Numbered from the stretch's first letter, positions 1 to 9,856 are shown. The stretch: DNA of 30,131 nt from a virus (IMGVR_UViG_3300037423_000274:1-30131), one strand, 5' to 3'. Notes: a model not told the origin generated them from the letters alone. Translations and numbers: made by a program.

Positions 1-92
1 GCAGCGCCAAAGATCGCCGCGGCGATGTTGAATTTGACCGACCACGCCTTGCGCAAGATGGTCTGCCAATCCTCGACCAGAGAAATGCTCAT
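1..92 (-). CDS. Putative holin or lysis-module membrane protein, N-terminal part (runs off the window)
   Basis: Not in the ORF track. Manual translation from ATG at 92 gives MSISLVEDWQTILRKAWSVKFNIAAAIFGA, which resembles the 'L(I/V)xxW...AWSV(R/K)' N-terminus of small phage holin-like proteins. Starts 2 nt after the stop of 95..355. Confidence 0.6.
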   Translation of the reverse strand, partial: MSISLVEDWQTILRKAWSVKFNIAAAIFGA

Positions 93-94
93 GC

Positions 95-355
95 CTACCC
101 CTTGAATAAATGCTGCATCACCCAGGTGATCAGCCCGCCCACCGCCGAAGCGGCGCCGCCGACGACCATCAACGTCTTCCAGCCGCCACGGGCCTCGGAA
201 AGAGTAAGCAGCACCTGATCCAGTTTTTCGGTCAGTTGCTGGTTGCTCCCTTCGAGCCTCGCTGTGCTTGCCGTGAGATGGGCGACTTGAACTTCGAGCC
301 GGGCGATGTCGAGACGAGCCTTGGTCAGCTCCTCGGATTGTTTGGTGTCGGTCAC
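95..355 (-). CDS. Holin-like or XhlA-like protein (coiled coil plus C-terminal transmembrane helix)
   Basis: 86 aa; heptad-rich N-terminus and hydrophobic C-terminus (LMVVGGAASAVGGLITWVM); first gene after the tail-fibre block. Confidence 0.65.
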   Translation of the reverse strand: MTDTKQSEELTKARLDIARLEVQVAHLTASTARLEGSNQQLTEKLDQVLLTLSEARGGWKTLMVVGGAASAVGGLITWVMQHLFKG

Positions 356-366
356 GGTGAGCCCGT

Positions 367-388
367 AAAAAAGCCCGCGAGCGCGGGC
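367..388 (-). terminator. Rho-independent terminator after the tail-fibre/LamG block
   Basis: Minus strand GCCCGC-GCTC-GCGGGC followed by TTTTTT. Confidence 0.7.
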
Positions 389-446
389 GGGTTAATGGGA
401 GGCGTTTGCCGGTCAGCGCCGGCTCGGTGAAATTCAGGTTGAATTT

Positions 447-1280
447 TCACATCACCATCACAACCGGCCTGCGCAATATCGTTGCGCCCGCCGATGCTCT
501 GAAATATACGTTGCGGCGTCGCCCATAGAAAAGCTGAAAGCGGTTATCGTGCAGCGATTTGATTTCTTGCGGCGTCAACACCCGATTCCAGAACAGACAC
601 ATTTCGATCTGCCCTCCCCACGAACCAGCACCGCCGAAACGGGGGTCGCCGATAAGCAAGTTCTGCGCTGCATCGGTTGTGTTTGAGCCAGAGCCGCCAT
701 TTGCATTTCCACCAGCATCAATTCCGCCGACGTAAAGGTTTACACCTCCGCTCAGCGGAGGGGCACCGATCTTGACAGTCGCGGCCACAGAAGTCCACAC
801 ACGCTGCGGGAAGTCAGCGGTAGATGTGATACCACCGTTAGTGCCAGAATTCACCCGAGTTAGGGCGAGTTTCCCTCCAGAAACGTAAAACAGCCAACCC
901 GCACTCCCGTTATTGTCGTTGCGCGCTGCCAACCCGCCTACGTTGTTGGTAATGTAGTCGCCCCTGACCCACATAAAAAGGCTACCGGGGTTGTTGTTTG
1001 ACGCGAAATCAACTACGTTGGGGTCTTGGCCGAAGTCCGTGTATGAGGCACCAGTACTGCCTCCGGCATGACGTATGGCTGCGCCGCCTTCACCTACGCT
1101 CGCCATTGGAGGCGCTGATCCCGATGGTTTTCCGAACGCCCCAGTTATCAGGTTGCGAAGCCCTACACCATTTGGCACGGCGGCGAAGGTGATCCCCTTT
1201 GCGAGTGGATTGGCCCAATCGATACCAAGGATATTGTGTGTTTGCGACGGGTAGCGCCGCAGTGGAGAAGTGGCCGGCAT
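447..1280 (-). CDS. LamG/concanavalin A-like jelly-roll protein, putative receptor-binding or tail accessory protein
   Basis: LamG-type pattern WTSVAATV...NLYVGG...LLIG...WGGQIEMCLFWNRVLTPQEIKSL; lies downstream of the tail fibre gene. Confidence 0.75.
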   Translation of the reverse strand: MPATSPLRRYPSQTHNILGIDWANPLAKGITFAAVPNGVGLRNLITGAFGKPSGSAPPMASVGEGGAAIRHAGGSTGASYTDFGQDPNVVDFASNNNPGSLFMWVRGDYITNNVGGLAARNDNNGSAGWLFYVSGGKLALTRVNSGTNGGITSTADFPQRVWTSVAATVKIGAPPLSGGVNLYVGGIDAGGNANGGSGSNTTDAAQNLLIGDPRFGGAGSWGGQIEMCLFWNRVLTPQEIKSLHDNRFQLFYGRRRNVYFRASAGATILRRPVVMVM

Positions 1281-1281
1281 G

Positions 1282-1926
1282 TTAAGTGGAGACTACCGAG
1301 TCAAGCGAAACATACCAGCCGATCACGTCCACGGTTTGCCCTGATGCGGCTGTGGTCCCCTGGTTGCCAGATGCGCTGTCCACAACGAGTCGAATGCGCT
1401 CGATAGTTTGGACATCAAGGTCGAACACCCATGATTCGCCAAGGTCAGTCACGGCGATACTGTTGGTGTGGGCACGCGTGAGGTTATCTACTGGCGTGAC
1501 GGTGGTCCCGCTGACGGTGGCCACGCGGGACCATTCCGAGTTCGCCGGGGTGCCAGTTTCACGCAGATAGAGGAAGTCACCAGCAGTAATGCCTGTGGCC
1601 GATGTCACGGTGATGGAGGATGCGCCGGCACTCGTTGCGCCGTTCAGAGTTGTGCTATTCGCTGCGGTCGTGCCGCTTTGCGAAGTCCATGAAACAAGAG
1701 GCACCCATTCATCATTGCCGCTGGTTGTTGGTGATGCCTCAATGCGAAAACCAACCTGATTGGTCAATGCCGTAGCAACGGTGCGCCCCATCTTGACAAA
1801 GACACGCAGGCCCAGTTTCGTACTAACATCAATAGCGCTGCCGACTGTTACCGCAGCGGATGCCTGCTGTGTCAACCCAAGCAAAACGCCGCTGCCGGTC
1901 TTTGACGCGGTTGTAGTTGATGACAT
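1282..1926 (-). CDS. Putative virion structural (tail-associated) protein
   Basis: 214 aa, Thr/Ser/Gly-rich and beta-rich; SD AAGGA upstream; sits between the tail fibre and LamG genes. Confidence 0.6.
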   Translation of the reverse strand: MSSTTTASKTGSGVLLGLTQQASAAVTVGSAIDVSTKLGLRVFVKMGRTVATALTNQVGFRIEASPTTSGNDEWVPLVSWTSQSGTTAANSTTLNGATSAGASSITVTSATGITAGDFLYLRETGTPANSEWSRVATVSGTTVTPVDNLTRAHTNSIAVTDLGESWVFDLDVQTIERIRLVVDSASGNQGTTAASGQTVDVIGWYVSLDSVVST

Positions 1927-1944
1927 AATTTTTCCTTCTTACGT

Positions 1945-3960
1945 TTAACGGTTTGCCAGCAATGAGAAGCCAATATCGGACAGTGTCGCGTCAGGGGTAG
2001 CAGGGCTGACAATGGAAAGTACGTCGCCCGCAGCAAACGAAACGGCTGCGCCGCCCGTTGTGCTAAACGTCGCGGCGCTTCCACTGGCGGCAAAGGTAAT
2101 GGTCCCTACGCTACTTCCGTTCTTTTGCACATCAAAAGCTGTTGAGGCGGTTGCAGCCGTTTTCGCTTTCACATAACTGCCCGCGAGGTTGGCAGGCAAA
2201 GTGACTGCGACAGCAAATGGCAAATAGAGAATCAATGCGCTTGCGGTTGGCGTGCCAGGATAAAACGCGGCGGGCACGACAGGGACCGTTGCAATTTGGC
2301 TCGCCACATACGTCTTGATCGCCTTCTCAGTTGGCGCCTTGGCGTCAGAGTTTGCTGCGAACGTGCCGTCCGTCGAAATGGCAACGGCACTGTCCTTGAT
2401 GAGCTTACCGGACGAGCCGTCGAACAGTGTAATATGGCCATCCGTCGCGGAAGATGGACCTGTCACGGCGCCGTCGATGTTCTCCTGGACGATATTCCAA
2501 CTGGACCCGGCGGTGGCCTGATTGCCGCTCGCCGCCGTCGACGTGCAATACATTGTGTCGCCGACTTCGACGTTCACACCCGAGGCGCCGCCGATTTTAC
2601 CGGCAACACTGACCTTATAGACAGCACCCGCGTTCGCTGCCGGGTAGTTCGGGCTAGCAGAGCAGTCGATCGTGCCCGCGAAGACCATCACGCCAGCAGC
2701 GCCGCCGGTGACGGTGTTATCGATGTACGCCTTGATAGCCTTCTGCGTGGCGACGCGGGTATCGCTGTTCGCGGCGAGCGTCGTGTCAGTATCGCGCGTG
2801 AGAAGCCCTGCGGTGCCGGATCCCGTGAAGTATGGGATCTGGTCTGCGGCCGACGTCAGCCCGGCAATGGCCGCCAGTTCTGCGTCGTACGCTTGCACGT
2901 CGGTGCCGATTGCCAGCCCGAGTGCCGTGCGTGCCGCGCCGGCACTGGTGCCGCCGGTGCCGCCGTTGGCGATCGGCAGAGCCGTGCCGGAATAGGACAG
3001 CGCGAGCGTGCCGGAGCCGGTAACGGGGCCACCGGAAACCGATAGGAAGCTTGGCGCCGACAGGTCCACGCTTGTGACGGTGCCAGCACCGAGACCGCCA
3101 GCTGTGACGGCAGCGAAGACGTTCGTACCATCTTGGCTGAGAAGCGCTTCTCCGGCCTGCGGCACCACGACGCCGGTCCCGGTGGCACCCTTGACCGTCA
3201 CCGTGTACGAACCGGTCGTGTTGTTCGTGACGATCCACAGACGTGGCGCCGTTCCGAGCGGGACGATGACGTTGATGTTTCCGGTCAGCGCGCCAGTCAG
3301 GTTCAGCAGCGTGTTGTTCGCCTCGGTGCTGGTCAGCGTCACATCGGCACCGCCGGCCACGCTCTTGCTCAGGCGGCCGGTCTGCCATGTGCGCGCCAGA
3401 CTGCCGGCGACCGCCGCTGTTTCGCCCGCCTCCAGCCGATCATCGAGCTTCGTGTAACTGGCGCCGAGCGCGGTACTGTCCTGTGCGGCAAAATCGTCGG
3501 CTGCGCCCCACACGATCGGCGCAATGCGAGTGATCGCACCAAAGGCCGAGCCGGTCCATACCACGGAATACAGGTCTTCGGCGCCGGACGTAGTGCTGCG
3601 CACCGGGGCGCCGGTATTGTCCGCGTAGATGTAGTACGTGGCCGCCGACAGTCCAGTAAAGGACAGTGTTGCAGGCGCGAGATTTCGCACGACGGATGGG
3701 ATCGACGGCTTCCAGTTGAAGCCTGGATCGACGGTCAGCGTATCGCCGCTGCCGCTCATGGCGTAGCTCTCCACGCCGATGATGGCAACGGTCGGGCCGA
3801 ACAGGGCAACGAAGGCCGCTCCGGGTCCGGCTGCGGCAGCAACCTGGCCCGCCAAGTTCTGCTGCAACGCGTCGATCGCCGCCTTGATGTTGGCATAGTT
3901 CGAGTTGTGCTTCGAGATGTAGTTGGTGTCGCCGTTGCTGAATGTCTGAAGGTCGTTCAT
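1945..3960 (-). CDS. Tail fibre protein
   Basis: 671 aa, Gly/Ala/Thr-rich; fibre-type motifs ([31 protein letters not shown]); duplicated AANSD...T(Q/E)KAIK(A/T)Y motif; ATGA overlap with the upstream gene. Confidence 0.8.
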   Translation of the reverse strand: MNDLQTFSNGDTNYISKHNSNYANIKAAIDALQQNLAGQVAAAAGPGAAFVALFGPTVAIIGVESYAMSGSGDTLTVDPGFNWKPSIPSVVRNLAPATLSFTGLSAATYYIYADNTGAPVRSTTSGAEDLYSVVWTGSAFGAITRIAPIVWGAADDFAAQDSTALGASYTKLDDRLEAGETAAVAGSLARTWQTGRLSKSVAGGADVTLTSTEANNTLLNLTGALTGNINVIVPLGTAPRLWIVTNNTTGSYTVTVKGATGTGVVVPQAGEALLSQDGTNVFAAVTAGGLGAGTVTSVDLSAPSFLSVSGGPVTGSGTLALSYSGTALPIANGGTGGTSAGAARTALGLAIGTDVQAYDAELAAIAGLTSAADQIPYFTGSGTAGLLTRDTDTTLAANSDTRVATQKAIKAYIDNTVTGGAAGVMVFAGTIDCSASPNYPAANAGAVYKVSVAGKIGGASGVNVEVGDTMYCTSTAASGNQATAGSSWNIVQENIDGAVTGPSSATDGHITLFDGSSGKLIKDSAVAISTDGTFAANSDAKAPTEKAIKTYVASQIATVPVVPAAFYPGTPTASALILYLPFAVAVTLPANLAGSYVKAKTAATASTAFDVQKNGSSVGTITFAASGSAATFSTTGGAAVSFAAGDVLSIVSPATPDATLSDIGFSLLANR

Positions 3961-4469
3961 GCAGTTACCTTAATCAAAGTCGTGCCCTGATAAATCGCAG
4001 TTGCCCCGTACGCCGCCGTACCGTAGCCGCCGTAGTTCACGAGGTCTCCGTAGGCAATCGGGAGTGAAGTTATCGAAAGATCCTCGATCGGGCCGAAGGT
4101 GAAATCGTCCAAGTCGACCGGAATACGAACGTAAGTGCCGGGCATCTGCTTCGAGAAGCCGATGATTTCGTAGCGACCTGACGCGGAGCGGCGCAGCCGC
4201 ACGGCCGCGCCGACGTCGGCATACACGACATCCATGTTGCCGCGCGCGATCGGCACGTTGTGCAGCACCGATCCCAGCGTGCCGACGTTGAGTAGGTTCG
4301 CGCTCTGGTCGTTCCCTTGGTTGTTTACAAGGCCAATATCGCAATCGCATGCATAAGTCGTGGATAGCCCGTCCGTCACGCTCAGGGTCGGGCGGGTGAG
4401 GACCTTGCCGTCCAATTCTTGCTGCGCGTCCCGTTGTTGGGCGTCGATGAGGTAGGTAAGTAGAGCCAT
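3957..4469 (-). CDS. Putative tail tip or spike protein
   Basis: 170 aa between the hub-like gene and the fibre; C-terminal YG-rich segment ([16 protein letters not shown]). Function is inferred from position. Confidence 0.5.
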   Translation of the reverse strand: MALLTYLIDAQQRDAQQELDGKVLTRPTLSVTDGLSTTYACDCDIGLVNNQGNDQSANLLNVGTLGSVLHNVPIARGNMDVVYADVGAAVRLRRSASGRYEIIGFSKQMPGTYVRIPVDLDDFTFGPIEDLSITSLPIAYGDLVNYGGYGTAAYGATAIYQGTTLIKVTA

Positions 4470-4472
4470 GGC

Positions 4473-5930
4473 TTAGCACCTGAATCCCGTGATATCAAGA
4501 GTGGCCGGCGCACCGAATGAAAGGTCGCGCGTGTAGTCCGTGACGTAGACACGGCTCCCATCCTTGAGTGCGATGATGTCGCCACGCTCGATGCGTGGGT
4601 CGTCCACGATCGACACGTTGTACGAACTCGCGGAGCGGTACGAGTAGATCAGTTCACGGACGGCGAAGCCTTCGGACTGCTGCTGGTTCATCACGAAGTC
4701 GTTCTCGATTTCCGCGACGTTGATCTCCCAGTCCTGCACGGCCTTCCCGTATGCGGTCGTTGTGTTCCGGGCGTGCACCATGTCGTAGGGCGTGCCCCAA
4801 ATCTCGTAGACTCCGGTCCCGATCGACATCATCGTGAGGAACAGGACGACATCTGCCGCGCCTTCGATTGGACGACCGACTGGGACCGTATAGCCGCCAC
4901 CAAACGAAACCACAGCATCCCCAATATATGATGCGACTACTTTGTTGGCGATGCAGGCTGTGGCTAGCGTCGGAACCCATGCGGAAGTCGTGAGCACGAT
5001 CTGACCCGACGTGATGCTTTTCTGGCTGTAATCCTCGCTGCACACCGGCAGCAAGCCGGCGTTTGCCGACTGCCGCACGACCATGTGCGTGTTGCGCGCC
5101 CGCTGCGTCCCGTCCTGACTGAAGGTCACATCGCGTTCCAGCTTCAGCTTGAAGAAGCCGGCTGTCATCGTGGCTTTGTCAAGGATGCGATCCTGTTGCG
5201 ACACTTCGGTCAAGTTCGGATCGAGCCACCTGATTTTCACTTCCGTCACTGGCGATCTGGATTTCGAGCCGTTCACGTTCAGCAAGCGGGTGTTGTCGGT
5301 CAGTTCGATATCCGCGGCGCGCGTCGTGTCGCGAGAGATCGCTTTCAGGCGCCCGCGAGCGTCGACATACGGCTCCAGACCCGACGGCTGCATCAGCACC
5401 GTGAACATCTGCCACGGCGGCAGGTCGGCCAATTGCGTATTCGAGTGCACCGTATAGCCGGGGATGTTTAGCGCGTCGATCTCGACATCCGTGATCCCGA
5501 TCCCGTAGCAGATCTGGCGCGCGATGTAATCCAACGGCGTCGACACCGGGTAGATGTCCGTGAGGCGCCGCGTTTCGCGCCAAAGCGGCGTGGCGTCACG
5601 CGAGCGCGCCACGATGGTCATCGACTTCTGACCTGACGAGAGCCGGTAGTCGTTGACGGACTGGATTATGCCAATCCAAAAGCTGCGCCCTTCGAGCCTG
5701 ATTTCGAGAATCTGCCCGTACTTCGGCTGGTTCGCGCCATACAGTTCGTCGTGCCATGCGAGGCCGACCGAGACCTCGCCCGGTGACTGCTTGACCGACG
5801 CGCAGAATTGCGTGATCTCGATTGGGTCCAGTGATGCGCCCTGCAGAACGTCCAACGGGCTGGCCGAGTGGACGAATACCGTCGTCGCCCGCACGCTGTC
5901 GAGCGGATACGGTGCCCATGTCACATCCAT
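4473..5930 (-). CDS. Tail tip hub (Tal/gp27-like) protein
   Basis: Start moved to ATG 5930 (MDVTWAPY; GGAAGG upstream) because the track's longer N-terminus reads through a terminator. C-terminal DDPRIERGDII...VYVTDYTR is typical of hub proteins. Confidence 0.65.
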   Translation of the reverse strand: MDVTWAPYPLDSVRATTVFVHSASPLDVLQGASLDPIEITQFCASVKQSPGEVSVGLAWHDELYGANQPKYGQILEIRLEGRSFWIGIIQSVNDYRLSSGQKSMTIVARSRDATPLWRETRRLTDIYPVSTPLDYIARQICYGIGITDVEIDALNIPGYTVHSNTQLADLPPWQMFTVLMQPSGLEPYVDARGRLKAISRDTTRAADIELTDNTRLLNVNGSKSRSPVTEVKIRWLDPNLTEVSQQDRILDKATMTAGFFKLKLERDVTFSQDGTQRARNTHMVVRQSANAGLLPVCSEDYSQKSITSGQIVLTTSAWVPTLATACIANKVVASYIGDAVVSFGGGYTVPVGRPIEGAADVVLFLTMMSIGTGVYEIWGTPYDMVHARNTTTAYGKAVQDWEINVAEIENDFVMNQQQSEGFAVRELIYSYRSASSYNVSIVDDPRIERGDIIALKDGSRVYVTDYTRDLSFGAPATLDITGFRC

Positions 5931-5942
5931 ATTTCGCCTTCC

Positions 5943-5968
5943 AAAAAAAAGGCCGCCCGAAGGCGGCC
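5943..5968 (-). terminator. Rho-independent terminator
   Basis: Minus strand GGCCGCC-TTCG-GGCGGCC followed by T8. Confidence 0.85.
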
Positions 5969-6009
5969 TGTGTGGCATTTGTCGATCTTGGTCGACTACG
6001 AGATTGCGA

Positions 6010-8307
6010 TCATGCGCCAATGAATTTGTAGGCCCCAAGATCGAACGGGGAAGTGCGAGTAACGCCGCTGAAGTCTATCGCCGGCGCATAGGTCGCCAGG
6101 CCAGTACCGATTGCAGGCGATCCGGCATGCAGGTGATAGTCGCCAGAGCCATCGGCCTGGTAATTGACGAATCCCGGCGAACCCGTCACGTCGTTGACGT
6201 GGGAAGACGTGTTCAGGGACCAATCGGTGCCGTTGCCGTTGGCCAGGTTGTTGCTCCAGATGTTGTGCGCGCCGTTATCGCCCTGCTCCGAGAAGCCGTA
6301 GCCCGTGTTCCCGTAGGCGATATTGTTCGTGACCACCATGTAGTCGCATGGCGCGCTCTGGTTGACGTAGTCGCCGCCACCAACCACGAAGCCGCCCTCG
6401 CCGTTGTGGAAGGCCGTATTGTTCGTCACCCGCGTGTTGCGCACGTCGTGCCAGCCGTGAATACCGTACCCAGTGACGTTGTTGACGACGTTGTTCTCGA
6501 TCCGCGCCTGCGCCGTGGTGAAGTAGATACCCTGGACGAAGCTGCCGCCAACACCACTGCTCGGGCCGATGTGATGCACGAGGTTGCAAGTGGCACTGCC
6601 GCCATTCTGGCCGTAATAGCTGTCGCACAGGATACCGGCGCCGCCGTTGCTGTTGGCGTCGTGGTTGCGGTGAATGTGATGCACATGGCAGCGCGTGACA
6701 AGTGAGTTCGTGCCGGTGACGTTGATGCCGACGCGCCAGAACTGGCCGCTCACCGGGTCGACCGTGCCGTCGATCTCGAATCCATCGATCGTGACGTAGT
6801 CGCCGCGGTGATCCCATGCGGTGTCGCGGCTGGAATTGGCTGTCGGCGGGACGATCTTCGCGCCCCACTTGGTAGCAGAGACAAACTTGATCGGCTGGCT
6901 TACGGTGCCGTCGTTGGTTCCATAGATGGTCTCGGCATATGTTCCGGAGGCGACGGACACGATATCTCCCGCAGTCGCCACCGTAACCGCCTTCTGGATT
7001 GTCAGGAATGGGCTGGCAGCGCTGGTGCCGCTATTGGAGTCGCTGCCTGTAGTGGATACGTAAAGTGTCGGGACGATAGTGCCCGCGCCGGGGTCGCCGC
7101 CGGTACTTCCGCCGGTACTTCCACCCGTGCCGCCTCCTGTGCCGCTGCTACTCACCACGCCCAAATAGACGTCGCCCACATTTGCGGTTACGGTCACGTC
7201 GCTTGATCCAGCGTCGGTGCCAACCAGATTGATCGTTGCGTATCCGTAGGCATCCGTGATCAGCGATCCCGGCCCGATAGAGCCCGGCAACGTCGCGGTA
7301 GCGGCAATCGGTAGGCTTGGAATGGCCTCGCCGGAATCGCCGACAGTGCGAACCAGCATGGGAACCGTGCGACCTTTGCGCGGCGGCTTGATCGGAATCG
7401 GGCGCGTGACGTTCGTTGCGATCGGAACCGGGTAATAGCCGGTGATGTAGTCCGGCGAGCTTCCATCGCTATTGACCGGCGGCCCGCCGTGAAAAGCGCG
7501 GCCAGCGTCGATAAAATTGAAAGCCAACAGCCTGCGCAGAGACGGCGCCCACGCATACACCGCCTGCCCATCGACCGAATGCACTGCCGGGCTGCTCGTG
7601 GTCGAGATTACGGCGCCGGTCGTGAAGTCGACGACGTTGAGGATGCCGTTGGTGCAAACGACGAAGCAGCGCCGGTCATCCTCCTGGATGATTTGCGCAA
7701 TCGGGCCGGAGACCCAGATCTTGCGCAGCAGAGCACCAGTTGAAAGCCGATTGACAAGAATGTACCGTCCGTCGACCGAGACCGGCGTTGCGGACATGAT
7801 GATGATGTCTCGCGCTCTGTCGACCATTGGCCGATGAATTTCGTGAAACTCCTGATCGCTCGGGATCTCAAAGAACGTTGCCGGGATCCAGGCTGAACTG
7901 TCTGGCGCCGCGCGCGTTTCCGGGTCGAGTGGAATCAGATAGCCGACCGTCGTTGCCCACAGGCTGCCGTCGATGCTTTGCACGACCTCCGAATAGAGGT
8001 ACCCGGGCGGAGAATAGAACGGGTCTTCGTATCCCAGAAATGCCCCGGTTGTGCCGTCAAACTTGAGAATCCTCTGGGTGAAAACATGATGAATATCGCG
8101 CGTGTTTACCGCGAGGATAATCGTAAATAAGCTAGATGCTGTCGCCTCAGCATTAACGAAGAATGCGTAGACCGAGTGGATCACCTCGCCGTATGCGAGC
8201 ACCAAATCAGGGTAGGCGATGTACACATTAATCAGAATCCCGTCTCCAAGCGACGGGTCATCAATTCGCCGATATGGTACCGGAGCAAAAAAAATCTGCT
8301 TGTACAT
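6010..8307 (-). CDS. Multidomain tail protein: beta-rich N-terminus, Big_1-like Ig domain, Gly linker, right-handed beta-helix (DUF1565/Pel9A-like); putative depolymerase or adhesin
   Basis: Start moved to ATG 8307 (MYKQIFF; TGATG overlap with the upstream stop). Motifs: TDAYGYATI (Ig), GTGGGTGGSTGGSTGG (linker), LYVSTTGSDSNSGT...PFLTIQKAV, Asn-ladder repeats (NNVVNN, NNTAFHN, NNIAYGN), DYHLHAGSPAIGTG...DLGAY. Confidence 0.8.
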   Translation of the reverse strand: MYKQIFFAPVPYRRIDDPSLGDGILINVYIAYPDLVLAYGEVIHSVYAFFVNAEATASSLFTIILAVNTRDIHHVFTQRILKFDGTTGAFLGYEDPFYSPPGYLYSEVVQSIDGSLWATTVGYLIPLDPETRAAPDSSAWIPATFFEIPSDQEFHEIHRPMVDRARDIIIMSATPVSVDGRYILVNRLSTGALLRKIWVSGPIAQIIQEDDRRCFVVCTNGILNVVDFTTGAVISTTSSPAVHSVDGQAVYAWAPSLRRLLAFNFIDAGRAFHGGPPVNSDGSSPDYITGYYPVPIATNVTRPIPIKPPRKGRTVPMLVRTVGDSGEAIPSLPIAATATLPGSIGPGSLITDAYGYATINLVGTDAGSSDVTVTANVGDVYLGVVSSSGTGGGTGGSTGGSTGGDPGAGTIVPTLYVSTTGSDSNSGTSAASPFLTIQKAVTVATAGDIVSVASGTYAETIYGTNDGTVSQPIKFVSATKWGAKIVPPTANSSRDTAWDHRGDYVTIDGFEIDGTVDPVSGQFWRVGINVTGTNSLVTRCHVHHIHRNHDANSNGGAGILCDSYYGQNGGSATCNLVHHIGPSSGVGGSFVQGIYFTTAQARIENNVVNNVTGYGIHGWHDVRNTRVTNNTAFHNGEGGFVVGGGDYVNQSAPCDYMVVTNNIAYGNTGYGFSEQGDNGAHNIWSNNLANGNGTDWSLNTSSHVNDVTGSPGFVNYQADGSGDYHLHAGSPAIGTGLATYAPAIDFSGVTRTSPFDLGAYKFIGA
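7097..7120. repeat. 12-bp tandem direct repeat (CCGCCGGTACTT x2) encoding part of the Gly/Ser/Thr linker
   Basis: Seen directly at 7097-7108 and 7109-7120. Confidence 0.85.
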
Positions 8308-9326
8308 CAGAACTCCGCTGTTGCCTGAATGGTCGGCGCCGAGACTGCGACGATCGGCGCGACATAGCCGATGTACGCGTACCCATCGGCGTCGGTCGTG
8401 GATTGCGTCGCCGTCAGCGATCCATCGCCGGCCGTGATGGTCCACGCGATCAACTCGCCCTCGCACGGTTCGCCATGGTCGCCCAGTAATCGCGCGCGCA
8501 CCTGCGTAACCCTCCCGCTCACGAGTGGCGTGACCGCCGCCGGACTGCCCAGCGAATATGGCCTCACGGAGTTCGCCCATACGCTCACGTGCCAGTCCGT
8601 GTCATCGACCGTGTAGCTGATGTAGATGTCGTATTTGGCGCTGTACCACGCGCCATTGTTCGCGCCGATGCGGGCAATCCATGGCTTGACGACCTGCTGT
8701 TTCGCGACGACGTCATAGAACAGGATTCCGCCACTCGGGTAGACCAGGCACAGCACGTTCGCATCCTTGGTACGCGATACAGACGGCACGGCATAGGAGG
8801 CATAGATCGAGTCGCCTATCCCGGGCGTCAGTTCGCATTCCTCGACCCACGCCGAATCACTTCCGTCGATGGCCCGCTTTCTCACGCTCGTACCCTGAAT
8901 GGCAATCAAGCGGTCAGCGGTGCGGATCTGCGGGAAGCTTGTGGCCTCCGCATGAATTCCAAAACTCTTGGCGATCATCTTGTCAGCATAGACGCCGGAC
9001 TGTTTGTCGAAGCCGTACAGGAAGCCCGCGGGCCCAATATCAGGATCCAAGTCCGTGTAGTAAAGGCACCACTCGTACTGGTTCGTCATGTCGACCAGTA
9101 TCGTGCCCGGAATGGCCTTGGCGCGCGCGCCACATGTACCATCAAGTTGGGCGACGAAGTAGTTCGAGCCGTGACCGAATATATCCGTAATTGATGTATA
9201 GGCCGACAGCGACCCGATGCCAAGCTCATCATCCCAGAATGCGCGGTTGATGCCATCTGGACCCGTGTAGCGGTTATCGAGGCCCGCATGCGCCACCGTG
9301 TACGGCCCCGCAAGTAGCTCCATCAT
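8307..9326 (-). CDS. Tail-associated protein with beta-rich N-terminus and C-terminal Big_1-like Ig domain
   Basis: Start moved to ATG 9326 or 9323 (MMELLAG; overlaps the upstream TGA). C-terminal VRARLLGDHGEP...GSLTATQSTTDADGYAYIGY. Confidence 0.7.
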   Translation of the reverse strand: MMELLAGPYTVAHAGLDNRYTGPDGINRAFWDDELGIGSLSAYTSITDIFGHGSNYFVAQLDGTCGARAKAIPGTILVDMTNQYEWCLYYTDLDPDIGPAGFLYGFDKQSGVYADKMIAKSFGIHAEATSFPQIRTADRLIAIQGTSVRKRAIDGSDSAWVEECELTPGIGDSIYASYAVPSVSRTKDANVLCLVYPSGGILFYDVVAKQQVVKPWIARIGANNGAWYSAKYDIYISYTVDDTDWHVSVWANSVRPYSLGSPAAVTPLVSGRVTQVRARLLGDHGEPCEGELIAWTITAGDGSLTATQSTTDADGYAYIGYVAPIVAVSAPTIQATAEF

Positions 9327-9856
9327 TCGACGCGCCCCGCGATCTTCATCTTCAGCACGATCGGACCACGCACCCAGCCCTGATGAGCGAGTGACGACAA
9401 TGTGATTTCCTTGCCGCCAACGGTCAGCGACAGAATGATCACCTTGAAGCCAAGGTTGCTGGTGTAGGTCGGGTACCACTCGACGTAGGCGAGCGACGGA
9501 TCGACCGGATTCATCCAGAAGGCGAGCAGCGTGCGTACAAGATCGATTTCGCCTGCCACGGATTGCGTCCAGCGCTCCTCTACCGTGACGTCACGCAAAT
9601 TGCCGACGAAAAGCGTGTTCGCGGAGCCGAGCAGCGTCTTCGTGCTCGCCCAAATCGGCGGTACGATCACGTCGCCGTCGATGTTGGTCCATTCGTCAGG
9701 CCCGCGCACGTAGTCGTACGTGCCGAGCGACGGATGAATCAGGCGCCCGCGGCCACTGGATGAACTCACGGCCGGCAGCACTGTCAACTGCACCGAATCG
9801 ACGGCCGTAGCTCCATCGCCGACCGCGATAGTCGCCGAACTGGTCAAAATCGTCAT
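9323..9856 (-). CDS. Putative distal tail (Dit-like) protein
   Basis: 177 aa, close downstream of the tape measure gene; assignment rests on size and synteny. Confidence 0.5.
   Translation of the reverse strand: MTILTSSATIAVGDGATAVDSVQLTVLPAVSSSSGRGRLIHPSLGTYDYVRGPDEWTNIDGDVIVPPIWASTKTLLGSANTLFVGNLRDVTVEERWTQSVAGEIDLVRTLLAFWMNPVDPSLAYVEWYPTYTSNLGFKVIILSLTVGGKEITLSSLAHQGWVRGPIVLKMKIAGRVE

Noticed and set aside
447-8307. Diversity-generating retroelement or invertible tail-fibre system, suggested by the BPP-1-like head
   Set aside because: No reverse transcriptase, invertase, template/variable repeat pair or flanking inverted repeats seen in this window.
5931-9479. Extended N-termini in the track for 4473..6038, 6010..8580 and 8307..9479
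   Set aside because: They read through a terminator or deep into upstream genes; downstream ATGs with an SD or stop-start overlap fit better. The same applies to 17096..17767, 17548..18231 and 29407..30093.
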